A DNA stretch of 64,000 nt. Origin: Planctomycetaceae bacterium (GTDB lineage Bacteria; Planctomycetota; Planctomycetia; Planctomycetales; Planctomycetaceae). Shown in pieces: positions 36,778-44,919 of this stretch. The notes under the pieces were generated by a model. It saw nothing but the letters and a program-made list of their open reading frames with translations, made no database searches and had not been told where the DNA came from. Position 1 is the first letter of the stretch; every line of letters starts with the position of its first letter. The DNA is taken from NCBI GenBank assembly GCA_028284885.1, contig JANQQW010000082.1:4926-68925 (forward strand), in the 5' to 3' direction. A program made the translations under genes and the position numbers.

Positions 36778-36830
36778 GCGTGCGAACGGGCGCACGCAGA
36801 ACGGGCTGGCGGAACGTCCGCCAACCCGTT
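36778..36830 (-). terminator. Tandem hairpins downstream of the Cys-rich protein gene
   Basis: A 14-bp stem AACGGGCTGGCGGA / TCCGCCAACCCGTT (1 mismatch, 3-nt loop), then a 7-bp stem GCGTGCG / CGCACGC. On the transcribed strand these are followed by GGGCTTGTTCTTCG. Confidence 0.45.
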
Positions 36831-36856
36831 CGGTGAGCTCACGGCGACGAGGGCAC

Positions 36857-37321
36857 TCAGGCCTCCGGCTGCTCCTTCGTGGGCTTCTTGGGGGCGTTCT
36901 CCACCTTCTTGCCCGGCTTGCCAGGGGCGGGAACGGACGGAACGTCCTGGACCTCGCCGGGTTCGGCGGCCGCTCCCGTGTTGCAGGTCGAGCAGCCGGC
37001 GGACGAGCTACAGGTGCTGCAGGCGCTCTTCGAGCAGGTGTTGCAGCTGCTGTAGCTGACGGTGCGGCAGGAGGACTTGCAGGGGGAGCAGCTGCTGGTC
37101 GAGCAGGCCGCGGTCGTGCAACCGCCGGTCGAGCAGGCGCCGGTCGAGCATGCGCTCGTCGAGCAGGCGGAGGTGGTGCAGGACTTCGTCGAGCAGGCGT
37201 TCGTCGAGCAGGAGCTGTAGCGGACGTAGCAGCGCTTCTTGTAGCAGCGACGACCGGCCTCGGCGTCCTGGGGCAGGAGGAAGGCGAGGGCAGCCGCTGC
37301 GAAGAGCCAGTACTTGTTCAT
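36857..37321 (-). CDS. Secreted Cys/Ser/Thr-rich low-complexity repeat protein
   Basis: Signal peptide [22 protein letters not shown], then about 100 aa with roughly 24 Cys in (A)CST-x1-2 pentamer-like repeats ([27 protein letters not shown]...), then a Lys/Pro-rich tail. The DNA carries GTCGAGCAGG repeated about 6 times with 15/30-nt spacing. Confidence 0.7.
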   Translation of the reverse strand: MNKYWLFAAAALAFLLPQDAEAGRRCYKKRCYVRYSSCSTNACSTKSCTTSACSTSACSTGACSTGGCTTAACSTSSCSPCKSSCRTVSYSSCNTCSKSACSTCSSSAGCSTCNTGAAAEPGEVQDVPSVPAPGKPGKKVENAPKKPTKEQPEA

Positions 37322-37606
37322 GGTCGAATCCCTTGTTCGAGTTCCCTGGTGAACGTCGAGGTTCAGCCCGGCGAAACCCACCGTCCACACGACGGCTGAC
37401 TGCTTCGACGAGCAGGGGGACCTCCGTGTCTGGAAAGGCAGGTCGCCCCGAATTGCGGGACATGGTGGTGTCGCGAGATTGGGGAATCAACCGAAACGGC
37501 GTCAAACAGACCGAGATTGACGAAAATCCCGGCCGACGCGCCGCGACGGACCCTCGGCGCAAGCCGCATCGGAAGAACGGGTTCCGGAGACACCGATCAA
37601 AAGGTG

Positions 37607-38635
37607 TCAGTTCGGTTCCGCGCTGAGGAACCCGCTGAGGCGGTCGATCTCAAGGCGAAGATGGAAGATCGCCGTGATGTGGCCGGCGTCCAACCAGACG
37701 ATCTCCGGCTTCTGCGGGAGTGCCTCGACCAGCGACATCGTCGATTTCCTCGGGACGATCTCGTCGTCCTTCGCGGCGATCATCAGGACGGGCCGCTTGT
37801 CGAGCCGTTGGGCGTGGGTCGTCGGTTCCACCGGCTTCAGGGCCTCGACGAGCGACGCCCGCGTGCCTCCGCGGGACTTCCAGTGCTTGCGGAAGCCCTC
37901 GGCGACCGGGTTCTCGTGCTCCCAGATCAGATCGGCGACGCCACCGCCCGCGAGGACGATCGCCGCGCGGCAGAACCGCGGCTCGGCAGCCGCTGCGACG
38001 GAGGCGACGAACCCCCCGAGACTGATGCCGGCCACCCCGATCCGGTCGGCGTCGATCTCCGGACGACCCGCCATCCACGCTGCCGACCGACGCGTGTCGA
38101 GAACGGCCTGCCGAACCGAAGCGACCGTCCAGTCAGGGTCGAACGAGATCATTCGTCGTGAGGACTTCTCGTCCCGTCGTTCACCGTAGAAGGGCATCGC
38201 AATCGCGAGTGTCGCAACCCCCCGACGGGCGAGCATGTCCGAGACGAAGTGCACCAGCCACAGGTTGCCGTCCAACTCGTGGAGCAGCACGCAGGCCGGG
38301 AACGGCCCCTCGCCGGCCGGCTGGAAGTACCGTCCGTGCACAACGTCGTTCTTCGCGAACCCGGTCCGGACGGGAGACGGCAGGGTGACGTCGTAGGAAC
38401 GGACGGCTCCGACGGTCTTCAGGACCTTGGAAGTCGCTCCGAACTCGTGGTCGTCCAGCCGAAACCGGTCGGGAACGGCTCGCTCGCCGTCCGTCACCCG
38501 AAAACGGACGACCGACGACGGCTCGATTGACCGGAACGTCAGGCTTGGCGTCTCTGCCCGGGTGGGAGCGCACCAGGCCCCCAGAGCCGCCAACACCAGC
38601 AGCGTGCTTCCGGAAACGAAGTGTCGACGTGACAT
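37607..38635 (-). CDS. Secreted alpha/beta-hydrolase (dienelactone hydrolase / S9 peptidase-like)
   Basis: Signal peptide 'LLVLAALGAWCAPTRA'. Nucleophile elbow 'GISLGGFVA'. Late 'DDEIVP' and 'GH' complete a Ser-Asp-His triad order. Confidence 0.8.
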   Translation of the reverse strand: MSRRHFVSGSTLLVLAALGAWCAPTRAETPSLTFRSIEPSSVVRFRVTDGERAVPDRFRLDDHEFGATSKVLKTVGAVRSYDVTLPSPVRTGFAKNDVVHGRYFQPAGEGPFPACVLLHELDGNLWLVHFVSDMLARRGVATLAIAMPFYGERRDEKSSRRMISFDPDWTVASVRQAVLDTRRSAAWMAGRPEIDADRIGVAGISLGGFVASVAAAAEPRFCRAAIVLAGGGVADLIWEHENPVAEGFRKHWKSRGGTRASLVEALKPVEPTTHAQRLDKRPVLMIAAKDDEIVPRKSTMSLVEALPQKPEIVWLDAGHITAIFHLRLEIDRLSGFLSAEPN

Positions 38636-38750
38636 CGGTGCCTCCCACGAACGAACTGTCGCGTGTGCCGAGCGTCGAGTTATCAGGAGGTTCGAGGGCC
38701 GTCAATTCGATTCCGACGCAGGGGACGGTCCGACGACGGCTCGCCGCTGG

Positions 38751-38779
38751 TTGACCCACCTCCGGGACCGGTTCATAAT
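38751..38779 (+). promoter_or_regulatory. Near-consensus sigma70-type promoter upstream of the dksA-like/lspA pair
   Basis: TTGACC, 17 nt, CATAAT (consensus TTGACA-17-TATAAT) in a locally AT-richer patch about 50 nt upstream of ATG 38828. Confidence 0.45.
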
Positions 38780-38827
38780 ACGCGGCTCGCTCCATGAAGT
38801 GACTTGGAATCGTTCCCGGAAGCGTCG

Positions 38828-39220
38828 ATGTACAAAGCATCGGATCTCGTCGAGTTCAAGCAACTCCTCCTCGTGTTGCGTGCGCGCATCTCTGGCGACG
38901 TCCAGAACTTGGAACACGGCGCACTCGACCATGCCGAGGGGGCCGACTCTCGGCAGCCGACGCACCTCGCGGAGTTGGGGACCGAGGCGTACGAACAGGA
39001 GTTCGCCCTCCGCGTGGCCGCCAACGACCGGGACGTCATCGAGAAGATCGATGCTGCTCTATCCCGGATTTCGGATGGCAGCTACGGTGTCTGCCCGATG
39101 TGCTTGGAAGCCGGGACGACCCCGGCGAAGAGCCGTATCCCGAAGCCGCGGTTGCGTGCCATTCCCTACGCCGACCTGTGCGTCGAGTGCGAACGGAAGC
39201 GCGAGAAGGCGAACCGATGA
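38828..39220 (+). CDS. TraR/DksA family C4-type zinc-finger protein
   Basis: Coiled-coil region plus 'GSYGVCPMCLEAG...IPYADLCVECERKRE' (C-x2-C ... C-x2-C). ATG 38828 is preferred over TTG 38804. Confidence 0.8.
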   Translation: MYKASDLVEFKQLLLVLRARISGDVQNLEHGALDHAEGADSRQPTHLAELGTEAYEQEFALRVAANDRDVIEKIDAALSRISDGSYGVCPMCLEAGTTPAKSRIPKPRLRAIPYADLCVECERKREKANR

Positions 39221-39858
39221 CCAAGCCGGCCACTGGCGAGAAAGCGTCCTTCCCGCCGAGTCGGTATCTGTTGTTCCTGTTGCTCGCCGCGGGCGGATTC
39301 GCGTTCGACGTCTGGACGAAGAACGTCGTCTTCGACGACCTCGGACTCAACGGTCGCAGCGACTGGAACCAGAGCCTGTTCGGCGGCTGGATGACGTTCT
39401 GCTTCCACACGACCTACAACAAAGGGGCGTTGTGGGGTCTCGGGCAGGGGTGGACGTGGCTGTTCGCCTTGCTCAGCGTGGTCGCCGTCGGGGGTGTGCT
39501 GCTGTGGTTGTTCGTCTACCAGGCGGCCAAGAGTGCCTGGCTGACGACTGCACTCGGGTTCGTGATGGCCGGAACGCTCGGCAACCTGTGGGACCGCATC
39601 GGCCTGCACGTCAACCCGCTCACCGGGAACCCGGAGTACGCCGTCCGCGACTTCATGTACGCGACGTTCAACTACGGAACCTTCCACTGGCCCGTCTTCA
39701 ACTTCGCCGACGTCTTCCTCGTGACCGGGGCCGTGATGTTGGTGATCCAGTCGCTGTTCTTCGAGCAGCGCGCTGAGGAGTCGGCCGACCAGACCGCAGC
39801 ATCCCCCGGAACGGTGTCTCAGGAAGAGACGTCCGGGTCGCCCTCGACGGCCGCCTAG
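39217..39858 (+). CDS. lspA: Lipoprotein signal peptidase (signal peptidase II)
   Basis: 'DVWTKNVV', 'YNKGALWGLG', 'GNLWDRI', 'VRDFMY...WPVFNFADVFLVTGAVMLV' (catalytic Asp pair). Its ATG overlaps the upstream stop (ATGA). Confidence 0.9.
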   Translation: MTKPATGEKASFPPSRYLLFLLLAAGGFAFDVWTKNVVFDDLGLNGRSDWNQSLFGGWMTFCFHTTYNKGALWGLGQGWTWLFALLSVVAVGGVLLWLFVYQAAKSAWLTTALGFVMAGTLGNLWDRIGLHVNPLTGNPEYAVRDFMYATFNYGTFHWPVFNFADVFLVTGAVMLVIQSLFFEQRAEESADQTAASPGTVSQEETSGSPSTAA

Positions 39859-39922
39859 CGACCGTTCAAGTCACGAATCCCCCTCGCCGATACGCTGAAT
39901 ACCCCCAGGGACGGGAACAGCG

Positions 39923-40657
39923 ATGTCCAACTCCGCCGAATGGGCCTCGGGCCCGACCGAACTCGCTCTCGCCCCGCAGATGGCGACCCCGAGAGCCGAC
40001 GACCTCGCCGACGGGCTGACCGCGGAGGAGCGTGCCAACCAGATCACGCACGGACTGGGCCTGCTGCTCAGCATTCCGGCGGCGATCGAGCTGTGCTGGG
40101 TGGCCTCGACCTCGCCGGACTCGCGGATCGTCTTCAGTTGCTGCCTCTACGCGGTCTCGCTCGTCCTGCTCTACGCCGCGTCGACTCTGTCGCACAGCTT
40201 TCGCAGCGGACGGGCCCGGGACCTCTCGCGGCTGCTCGACCAGGTCTGCATCTACCTGCTGATCGCCGGCTCCGTGACGCCGTTCGCCGTCGCCTACTGG
40301 CCGGCCTGGATGATCGTCGCGTTGCTCGGCGGCACCTGGCTCGTCGCGCTGCTCGGCATCTACCGCAAGATCTACGTCGAAGGGCCGAACCGCGTGGTGC
40401 TGTGGTACTACGTCGCCCTCGGCTGGTTCCCGGTGGTCGGCATCTACCACGTGCTCTCGCAGATGCCCGTCGACGGCGGGGCGATCGTCCTGATGGGCGC
40501 CTTCTGCTACACGCTCGGGATCTACTTCTGGCTTCGCGAGGGACGGATTCCGTACTCGCACGCCGTCTGGCACGTGCTGGTGCTGTTCGGCAGTTTCGGG
40601 CACTACGCCGCGATCCGCTGGTACATCGCCGTCAACTCGCCGCTCATCGGCAGCTGA
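39923..40657 (+). CDS. Hemolysin III / PAQR family membrane protein
   Basis: 'EERANQITHGLG', 'LYAASTLSHSF', 'DQVCIYLLIAGSVTPF', 'HAVWHVLVLFGSFGHY'. Seven-TM pattern. Confidence 0.88.
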   Translation: MSNSAEWASGPTELALAPQMATPRADDLADGLTAEERANQITHGLGLLLSIPAAIELCWVASTSPDSRIVFSCCLYAVSLVLLYAASTLSHSFRSGRARDLSRLLDQVCIYLLIAGSVTPFAVAYWPAWMIVALLGGTWLVALLGIYRKIYVEGPNRVVLWYYVALGWFPVVGIYHVLSQMPVDGGAIVLMGAFCYTLGIYFWLREGRIPYSHAVWHVLVLFGSFGHYAAIRWYIAVNSPLIGS

Positions 40658-40672
40658 CGAAGGCGGCTTCGC

Positions 40673-42514
40673 TCAGGAGTCGGGTCGCTTCGGGATCGTG
40701 ACCTCGAAGGTCGTTCCGCGAACGCCGTCGGACTCGATGCGAATCGCGCCGCCGAGCGTCTCCAACGTCTTCCGAACGGACGCCAGTCCGATGCCGCTCG
40801 AGTCGGTGCGGGGGGCCAGGGTCTCGAACATACCGAACACGCGTTCGTGGAACTCCTCCGCGATCCCCGGCCCGTCGTCCGACACGACGACCACCCAGCG
40901 GTCCTGTTCGTCCGCGGCCGAGACGACGACGAGTCCGGTGTCCCGGTCGTGGTGCTTGACGGCGTTCGAGACGAGGTTCAACAACACCCGGTCGACGGCG
41001 GACCGCGGGGCGTGGACCGTCGGCAGCCGTCCGTCGCCGCGAACCACGATGCCGGTCGGCGGGGCGACGAGCTCGACGACCTCGGCCAGACACTCCTCCA
41101 GGTCGACGGCGGTCGGCTGGCTCTCCTTGCGGCCGATCCGCGAGTAGCCGAGCAGGTCGGTCAGCAGTCGGTCCATCAGGTTGATCCGGTCGAGCATCAA
41201 CCCGAAGTGCCCGCGGACCTCGTCGGTGAGCTCGCCGATGTCCTCCATGATGAACTGCGCGAGCGTCCGGACGTTCAGCAGCGGCGTTCGGAGGTCGTGG
41301 GAGGCGGACCGGGCGAACTCCTCCAGGTCCTCGTTGCTCCGCGTCAGCTCCCGGTTGCTGAGGACGAGCTCGTCGCTCTTCTGTGCCAACGCGAACTCTG
41401 CGTGCTTCAGGTCGGTGACGTCGGTCGCGACGACGAGGATGCGCGTCAGTCGTCCGAACTCGTCGGGGAGCGGGATCTTGTCGGTCCGGACCCAGCGACT
41501 CCCGCCCGGGGTCTCCATCGGCTCCACGATGCCGAGCTTCGGCTCGCCGCTGCCCAGCACCTCGAGATCGTCCGCGTGGTAGCGAGCGGCGTGCTCGGGG
41601 TAGAACCGCGCGCTCGGGGCCCCCTCCATCTCGCTGGCCGGCACACCGAGCGAGTCGCTGACGCGCTGGTTCACCCGCAGGATGTGGTCGTCGACGTCCT
41701 TGAACCAGACGTAGGCCGGCAGGTGGTCGAGGATCGACTGCGTCTCGGACCGTTGCCGCTCGCGTTCCACGGCCAGCCGGTGTCGCTCGGAGATGTCGTG
41801 CCAGACGACGAGCAGCGCCGGACCGCTGGAGAGCGTGACCGGTGTGAGGGTCACCTCGCACGGGAACACCTCTCCGTCGAACCGCTTGTGCATCCAGTCG
41901 AAGCGGTGAAAGCCCTTCTCGTGCGCGAGTCCGTCCATCTCGAGACTCTTCTCGGCGGAGAGCCTGCCGTCCGGCTGTCGCTCCGGGGAGAACTCGGCGG
42001 GATGCCGCCCGATCACGTCGGCCTTGTCCTTCGCCCCCAGCATCTGGGCGGCCGCGTTGTTGCAGGCGAGGATGCCGGCCCCCTCCTCCACCGTCCCGGC
42101 GAAGATCAGGTGGGCGTCCGAGGACTGCTCGAACAGCACCCGGAACAGCTCCTCCGCACGACGTTGTTCGGTCACGTCGCTGACGACGACGTGCAGCCCG
42201 CGCACCTGACTGTCGTCGTCGCGGTCCGGAATGTACCGCACGTCGATCTCGCGCTCGGGCGTGCCCGGCAACCGCGTGTGGAACGACTGCTCCTCGCCGC
42301 CGAGCGCCCGGTCGAGACGCGTCCGGATCTCGTCGAACGTCGGCCCCAGGATCTCGGAGACCGCGTGGCCGACGACCTCCTCGCGCGCACGACCGGTCAA
42401 CGACAGGTAGGTCGCGTTCGCGAACGTGAACTTCAGCAGTCGGTCGACGTAGGCGAGCCCGACCGGGACGGCGTCGACGATCGACTCGATGGAGGGCGAC
42501 GAGTTCGTGGACAT
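40673..42514 (-). CDS. Multi-PAS sensor histidine kinase (orphan, no adjacent response regulator)
   Basis: At least three PAS-like modules. H-box 'SHDLRTPLLNV', N-box 'LLNLVSNAVKH', G-boxes 'SDDGPGI' and 'GIGLASV'. Start set at ATG 42514. Confidence 0.88.
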   Translation of the reverse strand: MSTNSSPSIESIVDAVPVGLAYVDRLLKFTFANATYLSLTGRAREEVVGHAVSEILGPTFDEIRTRLDRALGGEEQSFHTRLPGTPEREIDVRYIPDRDDDSQVRGLHVVVSDVTEQRRAEELFRVLFEQSSDAHLIFAGTVEEGAGILACNNAAAQMLGAKDKADVIGRHPAEFSPERQPDGRLSAEKSLEMDGLAHEKGFHRFDWMHKRFDGEVFPCEVTLTPVTLSSGPALLVVWHDISERHRLAVERERQRSETQSILDHLPAYVWFKDVDDHILRVNQRVSDSLGVPASEMEGAPSARFYPEHAARYHADDLEVLGSGEPKLGIVEPMETPGGSRWVRTDKIPLPDEFGRLTRILVVATDVTDLKHAEFALAQKSDELVLSNRELTRSNEDLEEFARSASHDLRTPLLNVRTLAQFIMEDIGELTDEVRGHFGLMLDRINLMDRLLTDLLGYSRIGRKESQPTAVDLEECLAEVVELVAPPTGIVVRGDGRLPTVHAPRSAVDRVLLNLVSNAVKHHDRDTGLVVVSAADEQDRWVVVVSDDGPGIAEEFHERVFGMFETLAPRTDSSGIGLASVRKTLETLGGAIRIESDGVRGTTFEVTIPKRPDS

Positions 42515-42597
42515 GGAACGCGGTCTTGGAGGAACGGGTGACTCCGGCCGGTCGGCGGCCCGAGTGCCCCTCGACCTGCCGAGGAGCACCGCATCCG

Positions 42598-43947
42598 CTA
42601 CTCCGGCGTGGCCTCGATGCGGTACAGGTGCGTCTTCGTCCGGACGAAGAACGCCTCTCCCGCGACGGCCGGGGAGGCCATGCAGCCGGCCGCCAGTTCG
42701 TTCTCGGCGAGCTTCTCGAAGCCGTCACGGCTCGCCCGGAACACGACCGACTTGCCCTCCTGGTCGAAGGTGTAGATCCGGTCGCCGACGAGCAACGGCG
42801 AGGCCGAGTACTCGCCGCCCAGCCGGTCCCGCCACAGGACCTCGCCGCTCTCGGTGTCCATGCAGCTGGCCACGCCGTTGTCCGTGACGACGTACAACGT
42901 GTTCCCGTCCAGCAGCAGGGCCGGCTTCTTGGGGGCGTTCCGGTCCACCGACCACAGCACTTCGCCCGGGCTCTCGCCGTCGACTCGCACGGCGAGCAGC
43001 CGTGGCTCGATGAAGCTCGTGGAGACGTACGCGACCCCGTTCCCGACCACCGGTTTCGGGACGGTCGAGAACCCGAGCTTGCCGTACCGGGCCTTCCAGA
43101 GTTCGCGACCGGACTCGGCGTCGTAGCCGTAGACCCAGTCGCTCGCCGGCGAGATCACGACGGCGCGGCCGTCGATCTCCGTGACGGTCGGCGTGCAGTA
43201 CGCCTTCTGGAACTCGCGTCGAGCGGGGAGTTCGCCAGACCGCGGGATCCGCCAGGCGACCTTGCCGTCGCGCTTGTCGATCGCGGCGAGGAACTGTTCG
43301 TCGATCCCGTCGTACGGGACGATCAGCAGGTTCTTCCAGAGTTCGGGCGAGGCCCCCGGCCCGTTCTGGTGGTCGACGTGCAGCGTCTGCTGCGTCCAGA
43401 CGAACTCGCCGGTCTCGGCGTTCAGTGCCGCCGTGCCGTAGGAGCCAAAGTGCAGGTAGACGCGGTCGCCGTCGAGGATCGGCGTCGGCGAGGCGTAGCT
43501 GTTGAGCGAGTGCAGCGGCTCGGGCTCGTCGACCTGGAACACCTCCACGTCGTGGAGCAGTTTGCCGTCCTCGCGGTCGAAGCAGACGGCGCGGAGTGAC
43601 AGGGCACCGGCGATGCGGATGCCGCGGGGGTTCGTCTCGAGCTTCGCCAGTCGAGCCTGTTCTTCTTCCTCGCTGAGGTCCTCGACGAGAGCGGTCGTGA
43701 GCCAGACACGGTTGCCCGAGACGACCGGCGACGAGTGGCCGCGGCCCGCGACCGGCGACTTCCAGACGACGTTCTTCGTCTCGCTCCACCGGAGCGGCAG
43801 GGCGTTCGCGTCGGCGTGCCCGTCCCCGCGTGGACCACGGAACGCCGGCCACTCCCCCTCGGCGTACAGGTTCGGGCAGCAGGCGAGGACGGCGAGAACG
43901 GTGAGGCTCGTGCGCAAGAGTCGGTCTCCGTGTCGGTTCGGTCGCAT
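42598..43947 (-). CDS. Secreted PQQ-like / BamB-like beta-propeller repeat protein
   Basis: Signal peptide 'LTVLAVLACCPNLYA', 'WPAFRGPRGDG', recurrent 'G..vW' blades ('ETGEFVWTQ', 'RDGKVAWRI', 'ESGRELWKA', 'ESGEVLWRD'). Only the last 449 codons of the 1365-aa track ORF are used. Confidence 0.85.
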   Translation of the reverse strand: MRPNRHGDRLLRTSLTVLAVLACCPNLYAEGEWPAFRGPRGDGHADANALPLRWSETKNVVWKSPVAGRGHSSPVVSGNRVWLTTALVEDLSEEEEQARLAKLETNPRGIRIAGALSLRAVCFDREDGKLLHDVEVFQVDEPEPLHSLNSYASPTPILDGDRVYLHFGSYGTAALNAETGEFVWTQQTLHVDHQNGPGASPELWKNLLIVPYDGIDEQFLAAIDKRDGKVAWRIPRSGELPARREFQKAYCTPTVTEIDGRAVVISPASDWVYGYDAESGRELWKARYGKLGFSTVPKPVVGNGVAYVSTSFIEPRLLAVRVDGESPGEVLWSVDRNAPKKPALLLDGNTLYVVTDNGVASCMDTESGEVLWRDRLGGEYSASPLLVGDRIYTFDQEGKSVVFRASRDGFEKLAENELAAGCMASPAVAGEAFFVRTKTHLYRIEATPE

Positions 43948-44088
43948 CAGCGTATCCACCTCTTTCACGGTTCGCCAACCGCGCGGTGGTGAAGGTCTCG
44001 GAGACTGGTCGGGTCGTTGACTTTGGCCGATCGCGACCGGTACAAGGGATTGAGGCGACTTGCCCGATTCCAACCCTCGAGGTGCCCG

Positions 44089-44832
44089 GTGAAGCCCACT
44101 CTGCATCTGTCCGTGCTCCTGTTCGGCGTTCTGGCCCTGCAGGTTCCCGATACCGCGGAAGCTCAACTGTTCGGTCGCTGGCGATGGTCCGGCTACTCCA
44201 CGCCGACGACGACCTACTACTACAGCGGGTACGGGTGGGGAACCTCGTCCTGCTGCCCGACGACGACGACCTACTACGCCTCCTCCTGTTCCAGTTGCGG
44301 GTGCAACCCCTGCGGATGCACGACCGCCTGCAGCCCCTGCTCGAGTTGCTCGTCCTGTTCCAACTGCTCGACCTGCTCCAGTTGCACGACGGGCAACTGC
44401 GGGTTCGCGTCGGCGACCGGAGCGGACCTGAAGCCGACGCCTGACGACGGCCCTCCGCAGACCTACGCTCCGGAAGGGACCGAGGAGGGCCCCGCCGAGA
44501 CCAACGGGTTCGAGGGCCGAACCGAGCCCGGTCCGGACGAGTTCGACCCTCCGTTCGACGGCGAGGACGGGACGACCGAGGCGTTCAAGCCTCCGGTCGG
44601 CGAGGGCGAGCTCATTCCGATGAAGAAGCAGCCCCCGATGCCGAAGATCGACGAGGAGCCGGCTCGCATCGTGCCGCTGGACGACTCGCGTGCCTTCACC
44701 TGGACGCTCACGCCGGTCCCGTCCCGCGTGCGGATGCAAGCTCGCTTCGGCACGCCGGTCGTCGCCCGCACGACGATCGACCCGAACGCCGAGTGGGAGT
44801 CCGTGCCGGCCACGCAGGTCGCGAGGAAGTAG
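44089..44832 (+). CDS. Secreted protein with a Tyr/Thr-rich then metallothionein-like Cys/Ser-rich segment
   Basis: GTG 44089 precedes signal peptide VKPTLHLSVLLFGVLALQVPDTAEA. 'TTTYYYSGYGWGTSSCCPTTTTYYASSCSSCGCNPCGCTTACSPCSSCSSCSNCSTCSSCTTGNC', then an acidic/Pro-rich region and a basic tail. A strong terminator follows. Confidence 0.7.
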   Translation: MKPTLHLSVLLFGVLALQVPDTAEAQLFGRWRWSGYSTPTTTYYYSGYGWGTSSCCPTTTTYYASSCSSCGCNPCGCTTACSPCSSCSSCSNCSTCSSCTTGNCGFASATGADLKPTPDDGPPQTYAPEGTEEGPAETNGFEGRTEPGPDEFDPPFDGEDGTTEAFKPPVGEGELIPMKKQPPMPKIDEEPARIVPLDDSRAFTWTLTPVPSRVRMQARFGTPVVARTTIDPNAEWESVPATQVARK

Positions 44833-44861
44833 CAACCGCGGGCCGAACCGAACACAATCGA

Positions 44862-44898
44862 CGAGGTGCGAGTTCGACTCGCGCCTCGTTTTTTCTTT
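44862..44898 (+). terminator. Rho-independent terminator
   Basis: 11-bp stem CGAGGTGCGAG / CTCGCGCCTCG (one T-G wobble), 5-nt loop, followed by TTTTTTCTTT. It lies 30 nt after the stop at 44832. Confidence 0.8.
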
Positions 44899-44919
44899 GG
44901 CCGCCCACTCGAGGCCCCC

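Noticed and set aside
37050-37230. Regularly spaced short DNA repeats (GTCGAGCAGG about 6 times at 15/30-nt spacing) that superficially resemble a CRISPR-like array
   Set aside because: The repeat unit is only about 10-11 nt with a 15-nt period, lies in frame inside a signal-peptide-bearing ORF, and encodes the ACSTx peptide repeat. No cas genes are present. It is a coding tandem repeat, not a CRISPR array.
44866-44919. ATG 44866 as the start of polX (the track ORF begins [18 protein letters not shown])
   Set aside because: This ATG and the following codons lie inside the stem and T-tract of the strong intrinsic terminator of the upstream gene. The translated FFF comes from the T-run. GTG 44920 gives the canonical PolX N-terminus ([17 protein letters not shown]).
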